In this document: piece after piece, positions 18,335-29,024 of the stretch
Position numbering within the stretch: position 1 is the stretch's first letter
Layout of the letters: each line of letters opens with the position of its first letter
Origin: an uncultured Armatimonadetes bacterium
GTDB lineage: Bacteria; Armatimonadota; UBA5829; DTJY01
Assembly: GCA_963717145.1 (NCBI GenBank)
Contig: OY970325.1
Coordinates: 1,920,001-1,984,000 of the forward strand
Reading direction: 5' to 3'
DNA length: 64,000 nt
The notes under the pieces: model-generated
Databases searched by the model: none
Seen by the model: the letters and a program-made list of their open reading frames with translations, nothing else
Told to the model about the DNA's origin: nothing
Position numbers and translations under genes: made by a program

Positions 18335-20368
18335 ATGGGCAAGCTCTGGGACGGCTTGCTCGATCGCGGAGAGGAGAATATAGTGTCGTATATCATCCGT
18401 ACAACCGGCCTGGGTTTCATCCTGGCATCGCTCATCTGCATGCCAGTCGGACGCGCGCACGCCCAGCAACCGGTCATCAAGGCCGTTATGGCCGAGTGCG
18501 CGCCGAATATCGATGGCGACATCTCCGATGCATGCTGGCAGTCAGCCTCTCAGGTCAACGACTTCTTCTTCGTCAACGACAGCTCGAAGGCCAAGGAGCC
18601 GACGACCGCCTGGCTCTGCTACGACCAGAAGTGCATCTACATCGCCTTCAAGTGCCTGGACTCCGATCCCACGAAGATCGTCGCCCAGCAGAAGAAGCGC
18701 GGCGGAAGCCTCGACAGCGACGACTGGGTCGGCTTCAACCTCGACTGCTACGGTGACTTCAAGAAGATCGTCTGGTTCGACGTCTCGGCGGGCGGCGTGC
18801 AGGTCGAGAGCCTCCAGACCGGCGAGGCGAGCAAGATCGAGTGGAAGGGCGACTGGGCAGGCGGTGCGAAGAGGATCGACGGCGGGTACACCGCCGAGTT
18901 TGCCGTCCCGTTCTCCATCATCCAGTATCGCCCCGAGCAAACGAAAATGGGGATCGCGTTCATCCGACGCCACGCGCGGACTCAGCAATGGTGGTGGTCG
19001 CCGAATATCGGCCCGAACGGCGACAGCGCGCGGTTCTACTCCTGGGAGGGTCTCAACCTGCCCCGCCGGAGCAATCGGCCGATGGTGCTGGGATACTCGC
19101 TCTTCGGCACGGGGTCGGACGCGCCTCACAAAGTGGGACTCGACGTCAGGCACGCGATCACGCCGAGTCTGAACGGTCTCGTAACGATCAACCCGGACTT
19201 CAGGAGTATCGAGCAGCAGGTGGACAGCGTGGACTTCTCGTACACCGAGCGGTACCTGTCCGACAGCCGGCCGTTCTTCCTCGAGGGCCCGAGCTACTTC
19301 CCGCAATCGAACGTGCTATACACCCGCCGGATACAGGATGTGGATGTCGGGACGAAGCTCTCCGGCAAGGTCGGCGACTATGACCTGGCATTCATGCACA
19401 CGCAACTTTTTGGCAAGGAGAACCACACCGTACTGCAGATGGGCCATCACTGGTCGGATCGCGCGTCACTCTGGCTCTGCGGAATCGAGAGCAACGTGCC
19501 GGGCCTCAACAACGGCGTCACCCTGACATCGTTCCGGCAGCGGCTGAAGAAGGCCGGCGTCCACCAATGGTGGTTCTCCTCCAACTACGCGACCGCCACC
19601 TCGGCGTCCGGGCCGGGAATGGGTACGTGGTTCCGCGCTCACGTGTACGACTTCGGGAAGCCCAGGGAGATCCACTGGGACCTGAACTACGAGACTTTCG
19701 ACTCCGATTACGATCCGTATCTGGGACTGGTGGGCGAGAAGGATCGGAGGAGTCTGAGCCTCTCATTCGATCTGAGTGATCAGCCGAGCAAGGGCTCTAT
19801 CCAGAGCTGGTACACCGCTCTGGACCTGGGAAAGACAGACCATCTCGACGGATCGCTCTTCCACAACGACATAGGGATATACGGTGAGCTGTCCCTGCGC
19901 AAGGGGACCGGCTACTGGGTAAACGCGTCCATGTCAGACAGGCCGCCCTACCACGATTCCGTCTCTCGAGCAGGCTACTACTGGGGGTCGAATGACCTCT
20001 ACAAGGGTGGGAGCATCGGCCTCGGAATCGGCAGGCAGGCGGGAGGAGACTACCGCTACTGGTCGATCGGGCAGGGCTGGCCGATCGGGGACAAGCTGAG
20101 CGTCCAGGCGTCATATGAGTCCGCGAGCATCAGCGATCCGAGCCCGGATGCGTTCAGCTCGCACCAGATCGTCGCATCGGCGGCATACGATTTGGACAAC
20201 GAAAGGACCATCGGCGCGCGTCTAATAGACAGAGAGGGCAAGGCGAACCTCTATCTCGCCTACAAGCAGAGAGTGAGCGCCGGCTTGGACGCATACGTGA
20301 TCTTTGGCGACCCGAACGCGGACTCCACGCGGAGCACGGTCACCATCAAGCTGAGCCGGCTGCTGTAG
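18335..20368 (+). CDS. CBM9-like sugar-binding / DUF5916 domain protein
   Basis: PNIDGDISDACW, YDQKCIYIAF, YTAEFAVPFS, TINPDFRSIE, RPFFLEG, YTRRI; beta-barrel-like C-terminus. Confidence 0.85.
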   Translation: MGKLWDGLLDRGEENIVSYIIRTTGLGFILASLICMPVGRAHAQQPVIKAVMAECAPNIDGDISDACWQSASQVNDFFFVNDSSKAKEPTTAWLCYDQKCIYIAFKCLDSDPTKIVAQQKKRGGSLDSDDWVGFNLDCYGDFKKIVWFDVSAGGVQVESLQTGEASKIEWKGDWAGGAKRIDGGYTAEFAVPFSIIQYRPEQTKMGIAFIRRHARTQQWWWSPNIGPNGDSARFYSWEGLNLPRRSNRPMVLGYSLFGTGSDAPHKVGLDVRHAITPSLNGLVTINPDFRSIEQQVDSVDFSYTERYLSDSRPFFLEGPSYFPQSNVLYTRRIQDVDVGTKLSGKVGDYDLAFMHTQLFGKENHTVLQMGHHWSDRASLWLCGIESNVPGLNNGVTLTSFRQRLKKAGVHQWWFSSNYATATSASGPGMGTWFRAHVYDFGKPREIHWDLNYETFDSDYDPYLGLVGEKDRRSLSLSFDLSDQPSKGSIQSWYTALDLGKTDHLDGSLFHNDIGIYGELSLRKGTGYWVNASMSDRPPYHDSVSRAGYYWGSNDLYKGGSIGLGIGRQAGGDYRYWSIGQGWPIGDKLSVQASYESASISDPSPDAFSSHQIVASAAYDLDNERTIGARLIDREGKANLYLAYKQRVSAGLDAYVIFGDPNADSTRSTVTIKLSRLL

Positions 20369-20383
20369 GAGCAGGCAATCCTT

Positions 20384-20412
20384 TTGCATTGCAGACGCCT
20401 GCGTGCTACAAT
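20384..20412 (+). promoter_or_regulatory. Sigma70-type promoter with extended -10
   Basis: TTGCAT-17 bp-TACAAT preceded by TG. Confidence 0.6.
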
Positions 20413-20442
20413 CGAAACACCGAATAACTCAGGAGGTACAGT

Positions 20443-21036
20443 ATGGGACATCCGGGTTCGGGACCGTACAATCCACCCAAGTCGGGCAACAACACGACCG
20501 TCATCATCGTGGTCGCAGTCGCACTCTTGGGATTCATCTTCATCGCCGCCATCCTGGCGGCGATCCTCTTCCCCGTCTTCGCGAGGGCTCGGGGGAAGGC
20601 GCAAGAGTCCGTCTGTATGATGCACATGCAGCGGCTCGGATTGGCGATGAACGCATACAGGGCGAACTGGGGCGATACCTACCCGCCGCCGGGTAACTGG
20701 AACGATCTTCTGGCGACGTATACGAAGGAACCTGAAGTCTTCCTGTGCCCGTCCGCCAAAAGCGCCAAGCCTGGTTACGGGATGAACAGCGGGCTGTCCG
20801 GCATTCAAGCAAAGGCCGTCAAGTACCCGGGCGCTACGATCATGTTCTTTGAGACTGAACCCGGCGAGAACAAGGCGGGAGGGTCAGCACTGCTCCTCAG
20901 CCAACCGAGACACATGGGCCGATGCGGCATTAGTGTCGTGGACGGACGCATCATGATGGTCGAGCAGACGTCGGTGAGCGCTCTGAACTGGGACCCTGCC
21001 CCGAAGACCGCGCCAACGTTGCCCACGCGTCCATGA
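20443..21036 (+). CDS. Pilin-like / DUF1559-related membrane-anchored protein
   Basis: AGGAGG RBS; ILAAILFPVFARARGKAQ..C..HM..LGLA..AY, FLCPS, GYGMN, RH.G......DG motif. Confidence 0.8.
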   Translation: MGHPGSGPYNPPKSGNNTTVIIVVAVALLGFIFIAAILAAILFPVFARARGKAQESVCMMHMQRLGLAMNAYRANWGDTYPPPGNWNDLLATYTKEPEVFLCPSAKSAKPGYGMNSGLSGIQAKAVKYPGATIMFFETEPGENKAGGSALLLSQPRHMGRCGISVVDGRIMMVEQTSVSALNWDPAPKTAPTLPTRP

Positions 21037-21054
21037 TCCGATACCTGGACTCGG

Positions 21055-21732
21055 TTACGCCGCTTTCTCGTGCGTCTGCAGGCCCATGACCGCCACCGTC
21101 TGCTCCGGGGAGTCCGGGCCTTCGTCTCCGTTCCTGCGGCCACGGTATCTGACAGCGAAGGTCATGATCGCGCCTTCGCCATGAACCCGATACAGGTAAG
21201 GCGATGAGGTCGCGAAGTCAAGCATGCGGAAGACCTCGTCGCCGGCCTTTTTCACATAGATATTGCATCCCAGCGCCCATTTCGGCTTCCCGTTCCGAAG
21301 CTCGTTCGCCGGCGCAGTGCCGAAATGCACGACGACCATGTTGCCCACCACTTCCAGATGGAGCGCCGGAGCCTCTTGACCGACTTCCCGCCTCACGCGC
21401 CCCTTATTGACGGCCTTTAGCCGCATCGCCCCGCGCATCTCGTCCGTGACCTGCGACTGGGAGCTGATGAACCTCACCAACGGACGTACGTGCGCTTCGA
21501 AGGTCGTCCGGGCCGTCTTCTTGCGCAGGACGGCCGCCTTTGCGAGCCTCTGTTGCGTCTGATGATTCTCCAGGGCGGCCACGAACTCCGCTCGATCCCC
21601 GGCCAGGAACGCCACTTGCTCGGGCGACAGCCGCAGTTCGTCGAGGTGAGACATGACGTAGCCCTCCAGGTTTCCGATCCAGCTCTTCACATCTTCGTCG
21701 TTGACAGGAATGTAATCGTCTTTCCGCGCCAT
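21055..21732 (-). CDS. Uncharacterised helical + FN3-like protein; paralog of 4105-4767
   Basis: GGGAG RBS; YIPVNDEDVKSWIGNL, RPLVRFI...TDEMR, VHFG...NGKP, IYVKKAG, ATSSPY, AVRYRG. Confidence 0.85.
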   Translation of the reverse strand: MARKDDYIPVNDEDVKSWIGNLEGYVMSHLDELRLSPEQVAFLAGDRAEFVAALENHQTQQRLAKAAVLRKKTARTTFEAHVRPLVRFISSQSQVTDEMRGAMRLKAVNKGRVRREVGQEAPALHLEVVGNMVVVHFGTAPANELRNGKPKWALGCNIYVKKAGDEVFRMLDFATSSPYLYRVHGEGAIMTFAVRYRGRRNGDEGPDSPEQTVAVMGLQTHEKAA

Positions 21733-21756
21733 GACACGTGCTCCCTTCAGTTAGTC

Positions 21757-21924
21757 GTTCCAACCGGCGGCGGGATCGGTCCGCTCGGCAGCGGGTCCGT
21801 TCCCCTCGTCAGCGGGAACGGACCCGCTGGCAGTTGGAACACCCCTGCCGAGAGAGGGACCGGGCCGACTCTCAGTGGGAATGGCCCCCCTCAAGGGTGG
21901 ACCATTCCCATTATCGGCGGGCTT
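21757..21924. repeat. Degenerate tandem array of 8 x 21-bp quasi-palindromic units upstream of 21055-21732
   Basis: gttccaaccggcggcgggatc, ggtccgctcggcagcgggtcc, gttcccctcgtcagcgggaac, ggacccgctggcagttggaac, acccctgccgagagagggacc, gggccgactctcagtgggaat, ggcccccctcaagggtggacc, attcccattatcggcgggctt; CC at positions 4-5 and GG at 17-18 in all eight. Confidence 0.85.
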
Positions 21925-21957
21925 GAGGGCGAACTGGAGGGAGGTTTGCGAGTCGTC

Positions 21958-23895
21958 CTACTTCAGCGCGTAGACATCCACATCGGAGGAGAAGTAGACC
22001 GTGCCGTCGGGGCCGAGGGCGACGTTGTCGACCTTGGCGGGCGCATCGATGAGGCGCTCCGTCTTGTCGGTCGCCAGGTCGAGCTTCACGATCGCCTTCT
22101 CGCTGGCATAGTACAGGCTGCCAGCGAGCGACGCGACCGAGTTGCACGTCAGGCCCGGGATGTCCGATGGCAGGCCCTCGATGAACTCGCGCTTCGCGGT
22201 GTCGAAGAGCTTCATCGCGCCATCTACGGAAACCACCACCCGCCCGAGTTTCTCATCGCAGGCGAGCACTCGAATGTTCGACGTGCCTTCGAAGGTATGC
22301 TCGAAGGCGACCTTGCCGGTCGAGAGGTCGATCACCCCGAACTTGGGGGACTCGCCCTTCTTGTTCGGCAGGCCGTTCGCGCCGAGGGAACTGCCGACGT
22401 AGATGGACTTCGCGTCGACCCCCACCCCGCCGATCGCCTGCTCGCCGAGAGGATTCTCGATGAGGTCGGTCTTGCCGCTATCGGGATCGGTGATCGCGAC
22501 CGCGCCGCCGTATGTCCCGTACTTCGCCATCCAGCCGGAGTAGAGCTTGCCGTCCGGGCCGAAGACCGCGCCGCCGGTCGGGCGGATGTAGCCCTTCGGA
22601 CCGACACTCGCGATCACCTTCGGGTTCTTGTTGTCCCACTGATTCCACGGTTGCTCCGGGTCGTACCGGACGACGTCTCCCCCCACGTAGGCGACCGCAT
22701 ATGCCTTGCCGTCACGGAACGCCACATCGTAGACCTCGCCGCCTGCGTCGCAGATCGTGCTGGTGTTCGTCGCCTTCTTCGTCGCGGGATCCATGAACCA
22801 GAGCGTCTGGCCGAAGGTCGGACCGCCCCACAGCCTGCCCTGTGCGTCGGCTCGCAGGAAGTGCGTCTGGCGGGGAGCGGACTCACCGGGGATGCGCTTG
22901 AGGTGGAGCTTCGTGTCGCCGGCCCTCATCACGAAATAGTCCTGCCCGCGAACGCCGAGCAGTTCGCCCTTCGAGTTCGAGGCAAGGGGTCGTCCTCGAA
23001 GGTCGATATCGGTGATCAGCTTCAGGTCCTTGTCGCCGTCTCGGTATGTGTAGAGGGCGTTCCCCTGATGGATCAGGAGCAGATCGTCGGTCGTCGCATA
23101 GGCATCGACCGACCACGCGCGCTTCTCGGCGGGAGGAGTCGGGAATGGCGGCGGGACTTCGTAGAGCGTCTTGCCCTTGAACGCCTTGTTGCCGGCGAGG
23201 AAGTATCCGTGCCACGACACCCCGGACGTGACGCCCACCATGCTCTTCGGCAGCGGGCGGAACTCCTTGGTCGCGGGGTCGAAGATCAGGACGGTGTTCT
23301 TCTCCTGACCGAAGCTGCACAGGATTCGCCCATCGGGGAGCGCCGAGACGTAGCGCAGGTACATGTTCGGTGGAGCGGGCGCACCGAGGTCCTCGACCTC
23401 ATAGGTCTCGAGGTCGAGCGCACCGAGCTTGCCCCCGCCATACGTGCCGCCGTAGACGCGCCCATCGCTTCCGATCGCCAAGTTCCAGATGTAGCTCTCA
23501 CCGGGGAAGGCAGCGACCTTGGTGAACTCCATCTTCTTCAGGTCGAACACCATGAACCGCCCATCGTAGAACGTCCCGACGACGAGCCGATCGCCGGGGA
23601 CTTCGTCGAGCGCCCACGATCCCGCGCCTGCGGGGGCGGTGTAGACCTTGGCGGTGTTCTTCGCGGGGTCGATGAAGATCAACTCCGCGCCGGAGTTCTC
23701 GTTCATGTTGCTGAGGACGAGCATCTCTCGCCCGGAGGATCGGTCAACGACGACTCGTCCGGCGAGGACGTTCCGCGCCTGGCACGGCTTCCCGAGATGC
23801 ACGATCTCCGCCGACGATGCGACTGCGGCGAGTGTGAGAATTGCGACGGCCAAGAGCCACTGGGGTATGTGCAAGATGGATCTCCTTCTGCTCAT
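21958..23895 (-). CDS. Secreted beta-propeller repeat protein
   Basis: Signal peptide; repeated blades such as IWNLAIGSDGRVYGGTY, GPDGKLYSG and YDP/FDP motifs. Confidence 0.75.
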   Translation of the reverse strand: MSRRRSILHIPQWLLAVAILTLAAVASSAEIVHLGKPCQARNVLAGRVVVDRSSGREMLVLSNMNENSGAELIFIDPAKNTAKVYTAPAGAGSWALDEVPGDRLVVGTFYDGRFMVFDLKKMEFTKVAAFPGESYIWNLAIGSDGRVYGGTYGGGKLGALDLETYEVEDLGAPAPPNMYLRYVSALPDGRILCSFGQEKNTVLIFDPATKEFRPLPKSMVGVTSGVSWHGYFLAGNKAFKGKTLYEVPPPFPTPPAEKRAWSVDAYATTDDLLLIHQGNALYTYRDGDKDLKLITDIDLRGRPLASNSKGELLGVRGQDYFVMRAGDTKLHLKRIPGESAPRQTHFLRADAQGRLWGGPTFGQTLWFMDPATKKATNTSTICDAGGEVYDVAFRDGKAYAVAYVGGDVVRYDPEQPWNQWDNKNPKVIASVGPKGYIRPTGGAVFGPDGKLYSGWMAKYGTYGGAVAITDPDSGKTDLIENPLGEQAIGGVGVDAKSIYVGSSLGANGLPNKKGESPKFGVIDLSTGKVAFEHTFEGTSNIRVLACDEKLGRVVVSVDGAMKLFDTAKREFIEGLPSDIPGLTCNSVASLAGSLYYASEKAIVKLDLATDKTERLIDAPAKVDNVALGPDGTVYFSSDVDVYALK

Positions 23896-24070
23896 TCGAG
23901 GTGATGCTGAGAATCTACTGCCACCTTCGTTGCCCGCAGCTCGAAGTCCTCCGCGACAAACAAATGAGCCGACACGACCATGAAATCGCGATCGACTTCA
24001 AAGCCATGCCGGCTCAGTTTGCTGGATGCTTGGAGCGAAGCATGCTCCGAGAGCTTCCTAATACATCAGT

Positions 24071-27000
24071 CTACCGGTAGTAGACTATGTCCGCATCGCT
24101 TCTCAGCTTGACTACCGGCGCGGGCAGACCGTTCACCGTGCCGACCTGGCAGATGCCTGTAACGACCACGTTGTCCAGGCTCGCGAGTTCGGCCTTCTTC
24201 GACGTACTCAGGAGCGATACGTCCACCGGTATCCCGACGATCGTCGCATCGTAGACCATGGCTGATCCGTCGTCGACGAACCAGTAGATGCCCTCGGTCG
24301 TGGTGAGCTTGCCGGTGATGGTCACGAACAACCCGATGGTGTTCACACCGTTCCCTCCGGGTATGCCGGGTGTGTACGCGTTCAGACTGGCGCCGCCAGA
24401 TCCCTGTTGACGATCAGCAGTGGCTGAGGCATCACTCCGGCTGTTCCGGCGGTCACTGTCGCGCCCTGGATGACCCGCTCATTGTTCACAAGGTTGATCA
24501 CGCCGGCCACGTTGACGAAGCTGCCCTGAGCGAACCCACCCACGTCTACTCTGATGCCGGAGAATCCGTCGCCGGGCTCCTGGATGTAGAGATGATCGCC
24601 GAAGTCGGCGGTGACCGCTTTGTTGAGGAGCGCGACTTCGCTCGGGTTTTCCAGCGCCTTTGCGGCTTGGATCGTCCCTGTGTCGGCCAGGACCTCGATG
24701 CCATCACTGATCGTCCCGGTCGAGACGTTGCCGGCGGCATCCTTGAACTGCGCATATACAGTCTTGTCGCCGACTCCGGTGCTCAGCGACCAGATCTTGC
24801 TCGTGTCGTAGGTCTCCCAGCCGCTCCATGCGCCGCCCTCGTTGTTGAACTGCATCTGTGCAGCGTCAGTGGACGACACATCGAGCGTCACGGAACTCGA
24901 CGGTGCGTAGTCCGCGCCGCTTTCGATCGAGATCGTCCCCGTCGGGGGAGACGTATCGACTGTTATGGTATCGGAGACCGGCGCGGACCAATTGCCCGCA
25001 ACGTCCTTGAACTTCACATATACGATCTTCAGCCCTTCGCCGCCCGGGAGCGTGTAGCTCTTGCTGACCGCATAAGCCTCCGGAGCCGAATAGGTGGTCC
25101 CGTCGTCGCTGAACTGCATCTGAGCGCCGGTGCCCATGCCGCTTGGGAAGTCGCTCGCAGACAAGGCGAGCGCTACGTCCGGGCTCGATGTATCCACAGA
25201 TCCACCGTTGATGTTGATGCTGCAGCTCACGGGCGCGAGCACGTCATAGTAGTCGATCTCCAGGCGCGGCCTGGGGTTGGCGCCGCCATACTGCTCCTTG
25301 TCAGTAAAGATCTTGGCGGCGGTGTTCAGCGTCTCCTGTGAATGAAGGACCATAACCCCTCGGCTCTGCACCGGGATGCCGCCCGTGTTTCCGTTCCACG
25401 ACCAGGTGTAGTCGCCCACAGCGCCGACGGAAGTCGTGGCATACACCCCGGAGTAGTTGGCGTTCATGTTGGTCCAGGTTGCAGATCCCTCAGTCCAGTT
25501 CGCGGTGACCTTGCCAAGGCTGATATTATACGCCGTGTTGACCGAACGGGTGTAGCAATACAGCTTGACCCGAACGCTGTTGGAGGCACTGACGATTGAG
25601 GCCTGATCCGGAGCGCCGGTAACATCCCACTGCACCAAACCGCGCCGGATGGCGAGGCTCGCGGTTGAACTCCAGCCGCACTGTACGGCCGCGGCCGCGG
25701 CGGTGCCGTCCGGAGTCCCGCTTCGGATGTAGCAGTCGCCGTTGGTCGTCGTTCGGCTCCAGGTGTAGAAAGGCGGGGCCGATGTGCTCAGCGCGACCGC
25801 GGTGCTCTGTGCCGAGTAGTTGAGCACCACATCATAGGCGTCAACGCGATAGTTGTATGCAGTGCTGTAGTTCAGACCGGAGTCGGTGTAACTGGTGCCC
25901 GCTGCCGTGCCTACCTGGACGCCGTTTCGGTAGACCCTGTAGCCTACGACGGCATAGTTGTCGGTCGAGGCATCCCAGGCGAGGGTAATGGTGCTGGGCG
26001 TCGATCCGGTGGCGTGCACGTTCTGGGGGACGCTTGGCGGATCGAAGTCGGTGTTCGGACCGCAATCACAGGACTTGCTCACGGTGGGTCCGAACCATGC
26101 GTAGCCGTCGCGCACCATCTGCCAGGCGGCCGTGTAGATCCCGCCTGAGCCGGGAGCGGTCAGGGTGAAGTTGAAAGTGTATGTAGCCCCCGGCTTTATC
26201 GTACCCGAGAGATTTACCCGTGTGAAGGTCCCGAACGGATTGTTGTCACCCACGGCTGCCAACCGGAAACCTCGGGCATTCAGCCAGCACACGCCTCTGT
26301 TCCGGTATGTAACCGACACAGCGTAGCTCTGCCCCGGCAACATAGTCGTTGGGATGGTGTCTGACACATATTCGCAGGAATACTTGTCCCACGTCGGGGT
26401 ATTGCCGAAGTAGGCGCATATCCCCTTGTATATCCCCCATTCAGACACGGACCGGAAGAAGTCGTCGGTTAGGTAAGAAGCATCCCTTGCGCAGTTGTCG
26501 TGGAACGCAACCTCTATCAGGACAGCTGGTCGGTCCGGGATGCGGATTTCGCCGAAACCGCCGGCGGAATCCTTGACTCCCCGGTTGGCCCACGCGCTCT
26601 CACCGTCGTATGTGCTGCGGATCGCGTCGATAATGTTGTTCTGGATACTGTTCGCGAGCGTCAGACTGTTCGCTTCGTGATCGGGGTGCTCCATTGCAGT
26701 GTCGCGGAACGTCTCCGTTCCGTTTGCCGTGCCACCGCCGCCGGCATTCGTATGATGCGCGATGTAGATGTCGGCCGCGTTGTAGTCCGCCCACAGAGGA
26801 CGCGCGCGGATGTCGTCGCTGCTGCGGTCGGTCGCCGTATCGGCGCCGGTGTTGCCCGAGGATGACGCCCAGACGCTGCCCGGCGCTCCGGCGTGATGAA
26901 GCCATGACGATGCGCACATCTTCCACCACGCCAGGCCGGTGTCCGAGTTGCAGCAGTCGCTCTCATCGAGCTGTCTTGGCGTGATGAAGGTCGCCCCGTC

Positions 27001-27663
27001 CTGGACCAGGTACTGCTTGAGGAACTGAACCAGTCGGATGCTGTTCGTATCCTCGAGGACGGCTTCCCCGAAGCCGCATGGGTCGGAACGCTGCCAGCCC
27101 CACCAGCCCTTATAGAGCATTCCGTGAGATGGCCCGACAGCTACCTTCTTGCCGCTGAGACCAACCGCACCGACGATGGGCGGCGACTGTGGCTGAGCAC
27201 TCGGCATGCCGGATACGTCCGGAGCAGGCGACAGATACGATGACAGCAGCTCGCCGTTGCTTGTGAGCTTGATCGCCGAGATCGACGGGAAATCGCCGAG
27301 CGTCGTCCTGAACTGATTGAAGATTGCCTCCAGGCCCGACTCATTCAGCCCGACAAGGACCTCGTTCGACAGGTCTACTTCGGCCGAACCATCGGATATC
27401 GCGAGGCCGTTGATGGAGACCCCGACAGGAATCCTTGAGAAGATTCCTTGATCCGCTTCAACCTGAGTCGGACCGGCGACAAGCGCGCGGATCGCCGCTT
27501 CCGCGGGATCCATCCCGGTCGGAACATCGCGATCCACCAGGACCGGTTGCCCTTGCGACCAGAACCGGACCTGCACGGTCGATGCGCTCGCCGTCCCTCC
27601 CAGGATCAGAAGAACCAGCAAGATCGCTGCCGGTACTCTACATGAAAGTAAGAAGCTCCTCAT
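24071..27663 (-). CDS. Multidomain N-acetylmuramoyl-L-alanine amidase (GerMN + Amidase_3 + Ig-like + FN3 + DNRLRE-like + Ig repeats + C-terminal surface domain), with a frameshift near 24400
   Basis: GerMN (AAIRALVAGPT..E...G, VDLS); amidase (GPSHG, E, IAHHTNA, PAVLIEVAFHDN); FN3 (WDASTDNYAVVGYRVYRNG). Adding one G at GATCT-GGC joins ORF 24071-24346. Confidence 0.85.
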
Positions 27664-27796
27664 ACCCTGCCCCCAAGAATCGGTCTGGACGCCCCCAAAT
27701 ACCATGTGATACCGTGGAACGTTCTGCGACCACCAGAATCAGAGTCTCACCCCGTCCGGAACGCGCACAGCCAAGAATCCACAAGACTCCATGGTC

Positions 27797-27824
27797 AGTA
27801 TACTGGATTTGCCCGCAGTGTCAA
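27797..27824 (-). promoter_or_regulatory. Sigma70-type promoter for the amidase gene
   Basis: TTGACA-16 bp-TATACT. Confidence 0.6.
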
Positions 27825-27916
27825 GGGTGCAGGGGGTATCTTGGGGCAAAACTGGTATTATTACCGGGTGAGCGCGAGGGGTCGAAAACGGCTTGTCCCG
27901 ATGGCGAGTCATGCCG

Positions 27917-28939
27917 TTAGCCAGGGAAGCCCTCCCGGCGGAGACGAGCGCCCACGGCCCGAAGGGTCATCTCGTCCTCAGGGTCGATCCGGCCGTCGGG
28001 AAGCGGACCGGTGTTGAGAAGCAGATTGCATCCTCGCTCGCGGGCACAACGTAGAATCTCCCACACCTCGTCCGCCGTCTTATGCTGTCCGGCCAGGTGA
28101 GCGGGGTATCCCCAGACCTTCCCCGGGTAGATGGTCGTGCATATCTCGACGGGCTTGTCGGTCGCTTCGGTGGCCTTGTACTCCGGCGCTCGGAAATCCT
28201 CAGTTCCCAACAGGCCTTCCTTGTAGGAGATGAGAGCCTGAGGCTGGAGGGATCGGATCATGTCATACAGTTCCTGCACTCTGAACCTGCTGTGATCGCC
28301 CGATCGAGGGATCGCAAGTCCATCGAGCCAGATGCCCGCAACAGGGCCGTAGTTCGTGAGCAGTTCCCTGATCTGGGCGGCCATGAACTCAACGTAAACG
28401 GAGAGATGGTGCGCATCACCGTAGGCATAAGCAGGATCCGGGGGGTCGTACTTTGGGCGTGGGTTCCCGCCCCATTCGTCGTTGTTCGGAGCATGAGGAT
28501 GCTTCCAGTCGCGTCCGTGGGAGTAATAGAAGAACAGGCCGAGTCCCCGCTTCCGGCAGGATTCGGCCAGTTCGCCAACGAGGTCTCGACGGGCCGGAGC
28601 ATTCATGCTGTTGAAAGAGGTTTCCCTGGTGACGAACAGGCAGAATGACTCATGATGGCGAGTAGTGATGTTGATATACCTCATGCCGCAGCCAATCGCG
28701 AAATCGGCAATACGGTCGGCGTCGAATCTCTCGGCGGCAAAGTCATCGATCAGCTTCTCATACTCAGCAACCGGGATCTTCTCCAGGTATTGAGCCCATT
28801 CATGTCGTGCCAGGAGCGAATATAGGCCGTAGTGCAGGAACAGCCCGTACTTCGCGTCGCGAAACCACGAGACGGCCGCCGCCCGTGGGTCTTTGGCATA
28901 CTGATCCTCATAGCCTTCGAGATAAGATGGGATGTCCAT
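27917..28939 (-). CDS. Alpha-L-fucosidase, GH29
   Basis: WFRDAKYGLFLHYGLYS, TTRHHESFCLF, RDLVGELA, ELLTNYG...IWLDG, NLLLNTGPLPDG. Confidence 0.92.
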   Translation of the reverse strand: MDIPSYLEGYEDQYAKDPRAAAVSWFRDAKYGLFLHYGLYSLLARHEWAQYLEKIPVAEYEKLIDDFAAERFDADRIADFAIGCGMRYINITTRHHESFCLFVTRETSFNSMNAPARRDLVGELAESCRKRGLGLFFYYSHGRDWKHPHAPNNDEWGGNPRPKYDPPDPAYAYGDAHHLSVYVEFMAAQIRELLTNYGPVAGIWLDGLAIPRSGDHSRFRVQELYDMIRSLQPQALISYKEGLLGTEDFRAPEYKATEATDKPVEICTTIYPGKVWGYPAHLAGQHKTADEVWEILRCARERGCNLLLNTGPLPDGRIDPEDEMTLRAVGARLRREGFPG

Positions 28940-29024
28940 CAGCTTCTCCTCGGGTAGCCGCGTTGATCTCCGCGACCGCCTCAACGCTCGGTTTGTAGGT
29001 CACGCCCCACTCGCTCGACCGAGT

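Noticed and set aside
21490-23904. 804-aa plus-strand ORF
   Set aside because: Antisense shadow of the beta-propeller gene and the 21055-21732 gene; no recognisable motifs; typical of high-GC DNA.
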